Shown piece by piece: positions 12,345 through 24,911 of a stretch of DNA of 64,000 bases; the stretch's first letter is position 1, and each line of letters opens with the position of its first letter. The position numbers and the translations under genes are program-made. The notes beneath the pieces were generated by a model that was given only the letters and a program-made list of their open reading frames with translations, was not told the DNA's origin and ran no database searches. The stretch lies in the NCBI RefSeq assembly GCF_037042905.1, contig NC_087246.1:2358001-2422000 (forward strand). Direction: 5' to 3'. This stretch comes from Lytechinus pictus (Eukaryota).

Positions 12345-13524
12345 CTTCACTACCAGTACCGGGTACTTGTACTTCGGTACGGTGCGCGTGCAGCTCGCAC
12401 ATATACATGTAGCTAGCTAGCGTATAGCTAGCTGCTAGCTAGCTCCGTCAGTCCGTCTCCGTGACCACGCCCTCCATCTCTGCCCGCCCGCGTCTAAGCT
12501 ACATTTATAGCAACCTCCCGGTTTCCCCTTTTTGAAAAATAGGAATATCATAAATCTTCATAAATTGTTTTTTGTTTCTTTATCATAAAACAAGGTAGAT
12601 GTCTGCTTGATGAAAAAATACTGGAAAAAGGGGTGTTTAGCAACGGAAAAAAAACACCACTAACAAATCAAGCTTGTATATAGTATGATATATTTTGAAA
12701 CTGGCCAATACCCCCCAAAAATATATTGTAATGTCAGATATATATATAGATAATATGGGCAGAACTGAAAGGAGCAAGGGGAACTTGCCCCCTAAAATAG
12801 TGCCCATTTTCAATATGAAATGTGCCCGTTTGTGAGGTTACGAATTATTTTAATCACTTTATTCTGAAGTTGATTTTCTTTTATTCGTTATATATAAATG
12901 TGCAGATTAAGCAATTGCTTTGTTGTATTCAAACTCAATCATTCCTGTACTTTCTGCGTTTCAATCTGAATTCCGTCCGAAACACTCTATTGCTCTTGCT
13001 AAGGGAACGGATGACTGGTTTCATTCAATGGACGCCCAGAAGGAAAAACCAGTAAGACCAGTAAGGATTTTTACTGGTTTCCAGTAGAATTTTACTGATT
13101 TCCAGTACCGTACGCTGCCCAATTCTCGCTCACCCTCACAAGCGCGATGTGCACGCTGCTTATTGTGATTATCATTTTAAAATCGTCCCAAATTCCTTAT
13201 TGTTTAATATACTCGCATAATTAAGCACCCAAGAGGAGACCATTACATGAAAAAACGAAGTGTGGAAAAATAAAATCAATCCCTTAATAAATGGGGACAT
13301 CCCGATAGACCGCGGGTCCGATAGACCGCGGGTCCGTTAGACCGCGGGTCCGATAGACCGCGGGTCCGATAGACCGCGGGTCCGATAGACCGCGGGTCCG
13401 ATAGACCGCGGGTCCGATAGACCGCGGGTCCGATAGTCCGCAGTGTGTGTAAAATTATGATCAGATATATCAAATGTCATCGAGAGGTCCAAAGGTCAAA
13501 TGATACGAGGCCATGGGGTTCTAA

Positions 13525-16500
13525 CAGGTTCGGATCCATGGGGGCCGAGGGGGAACTACCTCACCCCCCCCCCCCCCCCCAGCTCATAAAAGAGGGGAAA
13601 AGGGAGAGAATAGAAAAGAGAGTAAGAAGGAGAAAGGAAGAGAAGAAAAAAAGAGAAGAAAAGGGGGAAAGGAAAGACAAAGAAAAAAAGGGAGAAGAAA
13701 AGGGGAAAGAAGAGGAAAAAAAAAGAGGGAAAAGGAAGAGAAGAAAAGAAAGGAGAAAGGAAAAGGAGGAAAAAGGAAGGAAGAGAAGAATATTCAAATA
13801 GAGAGGAATATGGGAAGAAAGATAAGAAAAAAGAGAGAGAGAGAGGAAGAGGGGAAAAGAAGAGAAGAAAGAGAGAGAGGGAGGAAGGGGAGGGAGAGAA
13901 GAAAAAAAGACTAAAAGAGAAAAAAGGGGGAAAGGAAATAAAAAGAAAAAGGGCGAAGTAAAGGGGGAAAGAGAAAAAAGTGGAAGAGGGAAAAAAAAGA
14001 AAAGAAAAGAAAAGAAAAGAGTAAGGAAAAGGGGGAAAAGAAGAAGAAAAAGAGGAAGGAAGAGAATAATATTTAAAGAGAGAGGAAGATGGGAAGAAAG
14101 ATAAGAAAAGAGAGAGAGAGAGAGGAAAAGAGAAGAAGAAAAAAAGAGAGAGTAAGGGGGGAAGAAAGGAGAAAAGAGAAAGGAAAAGGGGAAAAGAAAA
14201 GACAGAAAAAGAGAAGAAAAGGAGGAAAGAAAAGATGGGGAAAAGAGAAGAAAAGGGGAAAAGACGAGGGGGAAAGAAAGAGAGAAAGGAAGGAAGGGGA
14301 ATGAGGATAAGAGAAAGAAAAAAGAAAGAAAAGGAGATGGGAAACGGAAGAGGGAGATGTTGACCTGGACGTCGATTTGATGGCGCCAAAATGACGTTCG
14401 AACTATGGGGCGCTGAATTGATGTTCGATCTAGCGGGGCACCAAATTGATGTTCGAACTAGGGGAGCGCTAATTTGAATTTTGACCATAATGCGACAAAT
14501 ACATGTTTCAGAGAGGGGGAGGGAGGGCAAAGTTATATTTTACATGGGGGCGCCAAGTTTATGTTCAACCGAAGGCGCCATATTGACCTTGAACTTAGAG
14601 GGCTTCATGCAAATTCATTTTCGACCGGGGGCGCAACATTGCTCGTATTGCCTGTATATAGTAAAATATATGTCCTGCCCCAAAAACTTAAATTAATGCG
14701 GCTGAATTGAAATATCCCGTTTTTACGATAACAAAAAAACAACAATGTTTTCGAGTTTTAAGTCTGTTTAGCGAGATAGATACCCTGTTCATGGTCACAA
14801 AAAAAGGTTATTATCAAATTCAGCTCGCGCTAGGCGCTCGCAATATTTGATTAATGAGGTATGCATCCTCTGCTTCAATCCCACATGTAAGTGTTACTGT
14901 TTTTCAAGTCAACATACATAGGCCGATCCAGGGGGCAAAGATTTTGCCCCCCCCCCCCCCCATGGTGGCGCAAAAAAAGGGTAAGAAACAGAAAAAGGAC
15001 AAGCAATTAGAATAGGAATTATACCTTAGTCCTTCTTAAGTCAGTATATAAAAAATTGAGCTCGCGCTTCGCGCTGGCATCAATAAATTGTTTAGTTATA
15101 TACGCATCCCGACCTTACAGTTTTTTATGCGAACGAGAAGCACAAGCTGAAAATATTTGATATTCTAACCTGACAACTGAAAATGAATTTTTCATTTCAT
15201 CATTATAAAAGTTTTCAGCTAGCGCTTCGCGGTCGCATTAATTTCTTAATAGATATGCATCGTGTTCATCATAACAACTACTAACATAGGCAGATCGAGA
15301 CGGCCCGAGGGCAACCTCCCCCCTATTGACAGAGCAAATAAATTGTGAAAAACGGGGAAAGAAAAAAACGGGGAAAGAAAGAAGAAAAAGAAGACGAAAC
15401 ATAAAAGGAGGAAGACGAGCGAATAAAATAAGGTCAGGAGAAGACTTGGAAAACAATTTATAAAAATATTTAAAGTCACTATATTAAAGTTTCGCTCGCG
15501 CATCGCGCTCGCATTGCCTGTTCGATGAAAATACATATCTTGCTCAATAGGTTGATATGTAGTTTAAAATATCAAGTTTTGATATCAATATACAAAACAT
15601 AATTCAGCTCGGACATCGATCTTTAATTATTTTGTTTTATTTACCAATTTATGTTTTTAAGTGCTCTGGAAAATGTCCGTTTTATGGTTTGAATAAAAAT
15701 TTGCAACATTTTGTGCGCTCGCACTATTTGCCAAGTAGGCCTACCTATTGTCTTTTTATATTTCATATAAGATTCTCTAAATATACCTTTTCAGGTGTCT
15801 CGATTGTAAAAAAAAATAATAAAGGCCTATGAGCTAGCACTGTGCGCTTGTATTTTGATTGGTGAGTTATGTATACCTATATATTAATTCTATAACAAAC
15901 TACTTAAATCCCCCAATTAAAAAAATCCGGATCGCAATTTGCGCTCGCATTATTTGCTAAAAATGTATCAACCAATGAATCCTATTCATGATTACAAAAA
16001 TACTTAAAATATCCAGTTTTCAGGCCTCATGCACTGTCAGCAAATTGCACACACTCATTAGGCTTAGCAGATTAATAAATATGAAATAAAATTGGTATGA
16101 ATTCATAATAACTGAATTGTCCCTTTTTCAGAAATAAATATCAACAAGTTTTAGGAAAAGAAATAGAAGATAGTTCTCATTCTTATATGATGACAAAATG
16201 TCCTTAGGCCTAAAATGTCTCGATCCTAGGTCAAATAAATAATAAAATATCAGCTCGCGCTTCGCGCTCGCATTATTTGTATAGTGTTATCAAATTTCCC
16301 TATATACACAGTGCTGTAAACAGTGCTTAAATTGACCCTTTTCATATCGGAATTTCAAATATTATTTTCAGCTCGGGCTCTGCACTCGCATTATTGATTT
16401 TTATGATAAAAAAATGAAATGTATTCAGCCTGATTGCTAGGATTATGTCTAACTCTAAAACACGCGCACGCATGTTTTTGAGATACAAAGCTTGATCTTA

Positions 16501-18032
16501 TTCAAAACGTGCTAAAATTATCCAGTTTCGAATCAGAATATCAAAAATTTTCTGCTCGCGCTTTGCGCTCGCATTATTATTGTAGGAAGATACCAAAAAT
16601 TACCCATCCTTTTTCATGATTGACAAACATGAATCGAATGTCCCATTGGGGGATTTGAAATTTCATCTTTTTAGGTTGGAATATCAAAAATGTTCAGCTC
16701 GCTCTTCGCGCTCGCATTATTTAATCGTTGAAATATGTATCGTCTTAATGGCTAACTGCAAAACATCCTTAACAGGTCCCTTTTCGACCAGGCCAAAATG
16801 AATATTTAACATTTCTGCTCGCGCTTCGCGCTCGTGGTAATTATCTAGTTACATACACGTCCTGTTCAGGTTCACAAACATTGCCCAAAATGTTCAATTT
16901 TCAGGACAAAAATACATGAAATTTCATTTTTAGATTAGATAGGGCTTAAGAGATTATTACACATTTATGTTGCTTATAAAGTAAAGCTAGGAAATGACTG
17001 TTAGGGCATGGCCGTTTTGCCCCCCCCCCCCCAAAAAAAAAAAAAAAAAAAAAAGAGAGAATCAAGACTAAGAAAAAATAGAGAGAAAGGGAAAGGGATT
17101 AGGATGAAATATAATATTATTTTCCAAATATTATGTCAAAATCTATCACAACCTTGTATTTTTGTAATAAAAATGTTAGCATATTTGCTTGCTCGCTTCG
17201 CTCACTGGCAACTTCTTATTAATTTTATGCGATACACCATATCGAGCCCCCTCGAAATTGTTGGCTCATTACGGCACTGGGACAACCCCTTCAAAGAAAC
17301 AAATAAAAAATAAACTTTGAGCGGCCGATCGGGGAAAATATGGGTGAAAAAATGGCCCCACACCCTTTTGGCGGAAGCTGGGTCCGCCCCTGACTTAGGC
17401 TTTCAGGATATAATACATGAAAAATCTATAAAAAAAAACAGATCGCGCTTCGCGTTCTTATTATTTATTTAGGCCTTGTGAGATACCTCGATTTGTTTTT
17501 AAGAATGAAATCTCAGATTTTCTTTGACGTCTACCCCCCCCCCATTTCATTTATTTTTTTTAACTTGGTGCCCTCGCCACCCCCCCCCCCTGTGCACCCA
17601 TGCTGAATAAATACGCCACTGATGAGGAGAATTAGTCGATTGCGTCGAGATTATTCACAAGAGGTTATCATTAATATTATTGAAGGTTATTCTAACACAA
17701 CAGTACAGAAACTACAGCTCCCATTCACACAATATTATAGTAGGGCCTACTCTGGTTAGAAGTTAAACCAAATTGAACCCCCCCCCCAAAAAAAAAAAAA
17801 AAAAAAAAAAAAAAATCGCTCGTGCTTTTTCAAGAACACATGAAAAAGTGGTCTTTGGTGTTTTTTTTAAATGTGATTATAAGATAATTCAAAATCCATT
17901 TTAGGCACTTAAGTTAGCCTGGCCGGGAGGGAGTGGGCGCCATTTTTCGAAAAGTACACATATGGGCGCCAAAAATCAGGTCAAATTTGCCCCACCCCCC
18001 TCCCTCCCCACGAAATCCTGGATCCGCGCCTG
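13525..18032. mobile_element. hAT-like non-autonomous composite inserted in the left foldback arm
   Basis: CAGGTTCGGATCCA ... TGGATCCGCGCCTG termini; degenerate 8-bp TSD GGTTCTAA/GGTTCGAT (the opposite arm implies ancestral GGTTCTAT); further hAT-like ends inside near 14920, 17392 and 17621. Confidence 0.7.
13585..14357. repeat. Polypurine (GA-rich) low-complexity tract
   Basis: About 770 bp almost entirely A/G, with an internal duplicated block near 13780-13830 and 14060-14110. Confidence 0.9.
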
Positions 18033-18182
18033 GGTTCGATAACAATAACCCAATTAGGGCAATCACCGCCTGACAACTACTACAAGGAAAATATTATCCC
18101 CATATTTTTACCGCCGGGGACTAATACCCCCCCCCCGGAAATTTACCCTCCAGACAATTACCCCGGATAATTACCCCTAGTA

Positions 18183-18841
18183 CGGAGCCTTGAAAATGCC
18201 ATCAACGTGACGACATGGCATGGTACTTTATCTTGCCATGTCTTAATTAAACATTGGCGGCAGAAGGCAAAACAATCTAGGGGGGTCCACCTGAAATTTT
18301 GGGATGGACACAGGTAAAAAATTTGACAAGCAAATCAACCAAAATTTATAGGAAGGACCATCAAAATTTTTTGACAAGAAAAAAAGGTTATCAACCAAAA
18401 TTAGGGGGGACAAAAAGATTTTATGGGAGGGGTCCACCTAAATTTAGGGGGGGGACGTAGAAAACAAATTGACAAGCAAAAAAAAAGGTTCTCAACTAAA
18501 AATCTAGGGGGGACCGTACCCCACCTCAATTTTTTTGGGGAAAGGTCCCTCCCCCCCCCCCCCCCCCGCTTCCGCCGCCTAAGTAATTAATACGCTTATT
18601 ATTTCGACATAGCGATATATTCTATCTTGTCAAGTCGATATGTCCACATGGCGAGATATGAAGTGTACAAGTCCCGGCGAGAATCCCGATATATCGCTAT
18701 GTTGACATGTAACATATTTAAGTCGACTGACTTGGCAGGATAACGTATCGCGCCATGCGGACATAATAAGCTTATTTAGTCGACATGGCAAGATAAAGTA
18801 TCTCGCCATGTCGTCAAGTCGATGGCATTTTAGAGGCTCCG
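18183..18841. mobile_element. TA-flanked palindromic MITE at the foldback centre, interrupted by a hAT-like MITE (18252-18583)
   Basis: TA|CGGAGCCT..AAAATGCCATC ... GATGGCATTTT..AGGCTCCG|TA; inner element CATTGGCGGCAGAAG / CTTCCGCCGCCTAAG with TAATTAAA/TAATTAAT flanks. Confidence 0.75.
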
Positions 18842-21800
18842 TATGGCGTCTAGAGGGTAAATTTCCGGGGGGGGGGGGGTAACAGTCCCTGACGATAAAA
18901 ATATGGGGATAATATTTTCCTTGATGTACATGTCAGGGGGCGATTGTCCTTTGGGTCATCGTTATAGAACCCCATGGACTCGTATCATTGGCCTTTTGAC
19001 CTCTTGATGGCATTGGATCTCCCTATATCCTGATCATAATTTTACACACACCGCGGACTATCGGACCCGCGGTCTATCGGACCCGCGGTCTATCGGACCC
19101 GCGGACTATCGGACCCGCGGTCTATCGGGCTGTAACCTAATAAATCATCGTGAAATACTGCGTTAAATGTAAAGTAACCCGATAACTGTTTGAACTTCGA
19201 TCAACTGTACCGCAACTGCACCAAATTAAGGTTTTTTTCAATCACTTTAAAAACTCCTAAAAACAGTGAAAAATGTTATATTCTTACATGATGAATGAAA
19301 ATGTGAGAGTCGTAGGTGCGGGAGGTCCTGATATGTCGTCGTGACAATTTTTTCTAGAATGAATATTTGTTGTGTGAATGAATTAGCGAGGGCATACCTT
19401 GAGATAGCAGCCTGCCCTAACTCCGCTCACCCTGACTGTAGTATGATAATCATTGTAAGAGTATATGGCCTAAACGGAATTGTCATAATTTTTCAAGTAG
19501 ACTTTTCTTTAGAATCTGATTTTTTGTGTCATTTCCTCTATTTTGATGGTGCTGAACATGAATCTGCTTGTTGCCAGTTTCATAAATGCCTCCTTCCGCC
19601 GTTGCCATGGCAACTGATTAATATGTTTAAAAAATAACATATTGAGCCTATATATGGCATATTACCCTGTCAATTTAAATGGTCCAATCTATCATTCTTA
19701 AGCCTTCCAAATTCAATTTCTAGATATAGGCCTATCAAGTCATCAAAGTATTTGCAAAAAAATCCATTGCCATGGTAACGGCTTATCTTTTCCGCAGAAA
19801 AATACAATTGTCTTGATTGCCTACAGAGACAGGGCGAAGCTTTTTTCGACGGCGCCGCGCGGGCGGCGTCGTAAACATTGAAATCTTAAAACAGGATAAG
19901 TTTATGAAATGTAATCATAAGTTTGAAGTAGGCCTATAGGTTTCTATAGCTATCATGAAACTTAGAAATAAGGGAGTCAGTGAAAATCCTATAGTGTTCT
20001 GCATGGATAAGTTCATTTGAATGCATGGTAATGGTATGTTGCCATGGTAACGCCTGATTATCTACTAATTCAACTCGTGAATTTAATATGAGATGAAAAT
20101 TAACTGTGTAGGAATTCTGTCTGGATTTATTTCAGGTCATAATTCAGTATAGGCCTAACTCATAAGAAAAATCGCTTCAATAAGAATAGTGGTAATATTT
20201 GCTTGTACAACTTTCTAAGAGAAATCAGCTCGATTTATCAGCCTATAATATTATGCTCATTATCTAGGGCAGATTATAACTGTACTGCATGAATAATAAA
20301 GTAAGTCTTAAAAGAGATCGAGTGTCATATGAATTCATGAACAAATTTTTTTTGCTTGTCAAATTTTCCAGCCCCTTGCCCCCCCCCTACTTTTGGGGAG
20401 AGATTTCCGCCCCTAATTCAGAGAAAAAACGAGACATTTTAAGCACTTTTGTAATGATGTTTTATCTTACAAACCGAGAATGACTTGAAAAGAAGACATG
20501 AATAATGAAACAAACGGGCAATGCGGGCGCGAAGCGCAGGCTGAATAGTTATTTTGTTCTAAATGAAGGGTACAGGTAACTATTTTGTCGGTCCCCCAAT
20601 TCTCATTTTCGTCTTGTCTTCTTCCTTTTATTTTCCTTCCTCTTAATCTTTTTTTTTTTTCATTTCATTATTTTCCTATTCCGGCCTTGATTGATAGCTC
20701 TTTCGTTGTTGTCTTTTTTGCGACGCGGCCATTTTTTCTTCTTTATACTCTTACATTTTCCTCTCTCACTTCTCCTTCGATTTCTCTCTCCCGCTCTCCC
20801 TTTAGCTGAGGCTGACGGCAAATAAAAGCCCTTCGGTCGTCAACGATTTATCATGGAGCAGGCAGATAAGCTGACGTTTACAGAAATGTTAAAAGATGAT
20901 CAAAAGAGTTTGTCACTGTTCACCAGAAATATTTCGAGATTTAATTTTAATCATTGTCCCGGCCCAAAGTGTTTGGGAAAAAGTTTTACAAAAATTGTCT
21001 TGCTCTATAAAGAATCGTAGGGTCATCAATGCTAAAAAATGAGACTTCGATGTTTATCAATACCGACGTACAAACAACTTGGAGATATAGGGATAGTTTT
21101 TTTTTGTTCTGGGGTGAAGCCCCCCCCCCCCCCGGTTCCGCGGCCCCTGGCATGTCTTCTAGGCTATTATCGATCGTAATGCTGTTTTTATGTGGCTTAT
21201 TCATATTTTGATGATTACCAATATTATTTACTCTGAGTATAAAATTTAGGGATAATTTAATTGGAATGAAACAAGGATTTTATACACGTCACCTCAAATA
21301 GATGTGTAATTAGGCCGATGTGATAACTTATGAGCCTAATGATACATATATTTTATGTTAGGCCCATTATCTGTATGCCTATCTGATTCATATCTATAAA
21401 TCTAAATAAAATAAAGAATTTAAATGAATAAATAAGAAAAAATTCCCACTAATGGGCCTATATAGGTCTTTTGAACTCGGTCAATAGTTTTCTGATTGAT
21501 TTGAATAGATGAAACTTTGTCATGTTTCTGGAGATTTCCTTTTTTTAATTATGTTTTGTTTGAAAACGGAACAGGATTTAAATTGACTTTATTTTGAACA
21601 AATAGCATTTTCTTGAGTGCCTTTTCCTCTCTCCTATTATTGACGGGAGTTAGAATATGAACTTAAACCAGCAAGGTGATTAAATATTTATTGTTGTTTT
21701 TAAAGATGAGTTTTATTTTTATGAAAGTCAATATAAGGGAATCCCCCCAAAAATATTATCGGAGTTCAGGGTTCAAGGTTTATTCACATCAACATTTCAC

Positions 21801-22615
21801 ATTTTCAAAAAATCAACAATTCAATACAAACAATAATATTATGCAATACAAATTTTCATGATAAGCATACATAAACATCGTAAAAATATGAAATGTATAC
21901 ATAATATAACAATAGAAAAAAGTACTAGAATGTATTCTTGTAATTGGTTCTAAAATAATGACAAAGAAAGAAAATGAGAGATGTGGATATGAGGGAGCTA
22001 AAAGTAAAAGCAAAGCTTGTTGGTTGAAGGCTCCAAAGAATATGCAGTGAGAGTCCCATAAAATATCAATACGACAAGAAAAAGTAGGGGAATAAATAAA
22101 GAGTAAACGAAAAAGTAAACAAAAAAGTGGGATACACGAATACATACTTGTGAATAATGAGTCAAGACAGTGTAAAAACAACAAATTTTAATTAGAACCT
22201 GAAGGAGGATGCAAATTATTATTTCTAGTAATAGTAAAAAAAAATAATGAATGGAAATCAATGGTCAATGGCATCAGGGGGCAATAAGCGGAAATGACGA
22301 CAAGGGGGGGGGGGGCACTCAAGTTGGATGAGTGGCGAAAATGATTACTTTGAATGGCGAATGTGCTAAAAGAGCTTTATAGCGTTTTATTTATAAGATG
22401 TAAATTCATCAATATTGATATTTTAAGTTAATTAAGTTAACTTAACTATATCAAGCATGTTATTCTATTATATATTGTTCTTTAAACCTTTTTGTTCATG
22501 CTGACTCTTTTATCCGCTTCCGATTTTATGTAAGCACCCTTTTAGCACTGGTTATATAGGGTCATGGTCTTTATTGACAACAGTACTTTATTTGACCCAT
22601 TGGGTGCTCAATCTA

Positions 22616-22847
22616 CACTCTAAATTACAGGGATTTAAAACAAGTCCACATGGACTGTAGTTAGGGACCAATCGAATTCCGGATTTAGTTTGAATCCTTA
22701 AGATTCATTTTTAAATCTCGAAAGATTTAAATTTAAATCATTTGAGATTTAAATTTAAGTCGTTAGGATTAAAACTAAATTCAGAAATCGATTGGTCCCT
22801 AGCTACAGTCCATCTGGACTTATTTTAAATCCCTGTAATTTAGAGTG
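22616..22847. mobile_element. Fully palindromic 232-bp MITE (CACT termini, EnSpm-like)
   Basis: TA|CACTCTAAATTACAGGGATTTAAAA ... TTTTAAATCCCTGTAATTTAGAGTG|TA; the inverted symmetry extends to the centre. Confidence 0.85.
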
Positions 22848-23886
22848 TATACTCTGTTAATGTTGTATTACATTGTTCCAATTTCATATTACTTTTCATT
22901 TCCGAAATAAATAAATAAATAAATAATAATAATACACTCATAAAATCCATGAATGGATTAGAATCATATTCATATTATCAGACAATTGAAATCAGTTAAA
23001 AGTTTGTCGGGAAAGTATGTATTTTATTAAAAAGTATGGAATAAAGTTTGGAGGATAAAAAAAATGATATAGGCGTAGATCAGTAACAAAAAGTTTGAGG
23101 CCCTAAAACTAATTGCACTTGGCGAAAGGAACATTTTATACAGTGTATAGTACTATAAAACTTGTAAACAATACATTTAATCACAACAAATTTACACACT
23201 TTCTCACTCAGAAGTGCAAGAAAAAAGGGTAGACAAAAAGAGTCAGACAATATCAGGCCTTATAAACTGCATATGAATGCGCGCGCTAAGTGAGCGGAGT
23301 TAGGGCAGTGGTGAGCGGCGAATGGGACAGGCGCAAGGGGTGCCGAAAACGGCGAATTACACAGCGGTGCTTTGAAGACATATAATTATTATCCTATGAA
23401 ACAATTTTCCAGTATTTTCTCTTTCAGTTGACATATAGAAGTAAGGGTATCATAGCTAATTGAATGAAACATAAAGGAAAATACGTAAAGTGAGCGACGA
23501 TTGGGCAGCGTACGGTATATTTTTACTGGCCGGGCCAGATGATTTTTAACTGGACCAGTAAAAATCAACTGGAGACCAGTTCCAACAATAGCATACCAGT
23601 TGAAGCAATTAGTAATACCAGTTAAATTGTTTTTCATCAAACTGGTGTTTCTGGTCCAATAAATGGTTTCCAGTAGATTTTTACTGGTTTCCAGTATATG
23701 TTTACTGGACCAGTAAAAATCAACTGGAGACCAGTTCAAACAATCGATTCCAGTTGGAACAAAGTAGTAATACCAGTTAAATTGTTTTTCATCAAACTGG
23801 TGTTACTGGTCCAATAAATAATGAATTTATTTTAAGTCAGATCATTTGACGAATTATGGAAAATGAATCTTGCAATTCAGAGAAAG

Positions 23887-24075
23887 TTATTATCGTTATC
23901 ATTGTTATCATCATTCTTCTTATAATTATCATAATTATTATTATTATGATCATTGTTGTTATCATTCTTATTACTGTTATCATTGTTATTGATATTGTAA
24001 TTATTATTATTAATATTATCATAATTTTCAAATATTAACATTATCATTAAAACAATTATTTCCATTAATTATGAT
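23887..24075. repeat. Degenerate (ATT/ATC)n microsatellite
   Basis: Trinucleotide periodicity; gives poly-I and poly-N spurious ORFs. Confidence 0.9.
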
Positions 24076-24911
24076 TAAGATCAAAGCAAGATATATTCCT
24101 CTGATATAGTCAACTGGTCTAAAGTAATTCATTGTTTGAAATTGAACTGGTCAAGACCAGTAATACCAGTAATTCTGATGATGCTGATCACGTGGTTTAC
24201 CTCATTTGCATATTTCCTATTTTAAAAAGAAAAATCAGGATTTAGAATGGAATATCCTAAATTGCAATGGCACTTGTTAATTAATTGTTGTTTAAAAACT
24301 TTCCAAATAAGTGTGTGAACTAATTCACAATGAAAATGTGTAATTTCATATATCACATTTAAAATAACAACAAAAAGATTAATTTACTAACCATCTTTTC
24401 CATCACATTTCACTGACCATGGTATATAACAAACCAAATGCATGTAGCAAATTGATCCAGTAAGACCAGTACGAGGACCAGTTCGACCAGTTCGAGGACC
24501 AGTCAGACCAGTAGAAAATACCAGTAAAGACCAGCTTGAATTGGAAACCAGTATGAAGACCAGTGAGACCAGTAACAACCACAAGACCAGTATAAATTTC
24601 CAGTAATTCAAGACCAGTTTAATTTTTAACTGGACCAGCCTAGTAAAATTTTAACTGGACCAGTATGACCAGTTAGACCAGTAAACCGATGTTCCAATTT
24701 CCAGAGTTACCAGTTAAAATTCTACTGGTCTAACTGGTCCAGTGGAACTGGTTTTTCCTTCTGGGCGATGGGCAGTATACAGGGGCTATTTTTATAGACC
24801 TCTCCAGAAGTCTTTGGACCGGGTTGATACAATTCTCCTTTAAGAATATTGGTATATCTGGTAATGAATTGCATTGGTTTAAAAGTTATTTGACCAACAG
24901 AAATATATGTA

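Larger units (their letters stand above)
13293..19137. mobile_element. Foldback element with tandem-repeat outer TIR domain (TU-like)
   Basis: Exact 8-bp TSD TAATAAAT (13285-13292, 19138-19145); 16-bp unit CCGATAGACCGCGGGT about 9 times on the left and about 5 times inverted on the right; non-repetitive inner inverted arms (13441-13524 plus 18033-18155 vs 18848-19050). Confidence 0.85.
13108..23515. mobile_element. Tc1/mariner-type non-autonomous element (second nest layer)
   Basis: TA|CCGTACGCTGCCCAATTCTCGCTCAC ... GTGAGCGACGATTGGGCAGCGTACGG|TA; removing it rejoins the host's CCAGTATAT..TTTACTGG repeat. Confidence 0.8.
13035..24765. mobile_element. Non-autonomous DNA transposon, EnSpm/CMC-like (outermost layer of a nest)
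   Basis: 19-bp TIR CCCAGAAGGAAAAACCAGT / ACTGGTTTTTCCTTCTGGG flanked by CG on both sides (2-bp TSD); dense ACCAGT/ACTGGT subterminal repeats at 13048-13105, 23520-23812 and 24450-24750. Confidence 0.8.

Noticed and set aside
13302..13441. 16-bp repeat array as CRISPR or as coding repeat (ORF 13276..13473)
   Set aside because: Units are contiguous with no spacers and are mirrored at 19051-19128; they are a transposon TIR domain.
13556..14530. 324-aa F/S/L-rich ORF and the K/R/E-rich ORFs on the opposite strand
   Set aside because: Translation artefacts of the polypurine tract; no domain or splice support.
23837..24065. Poly-Ile and poly-Asn ORFs
   Set aside because: Microsatellite translation.
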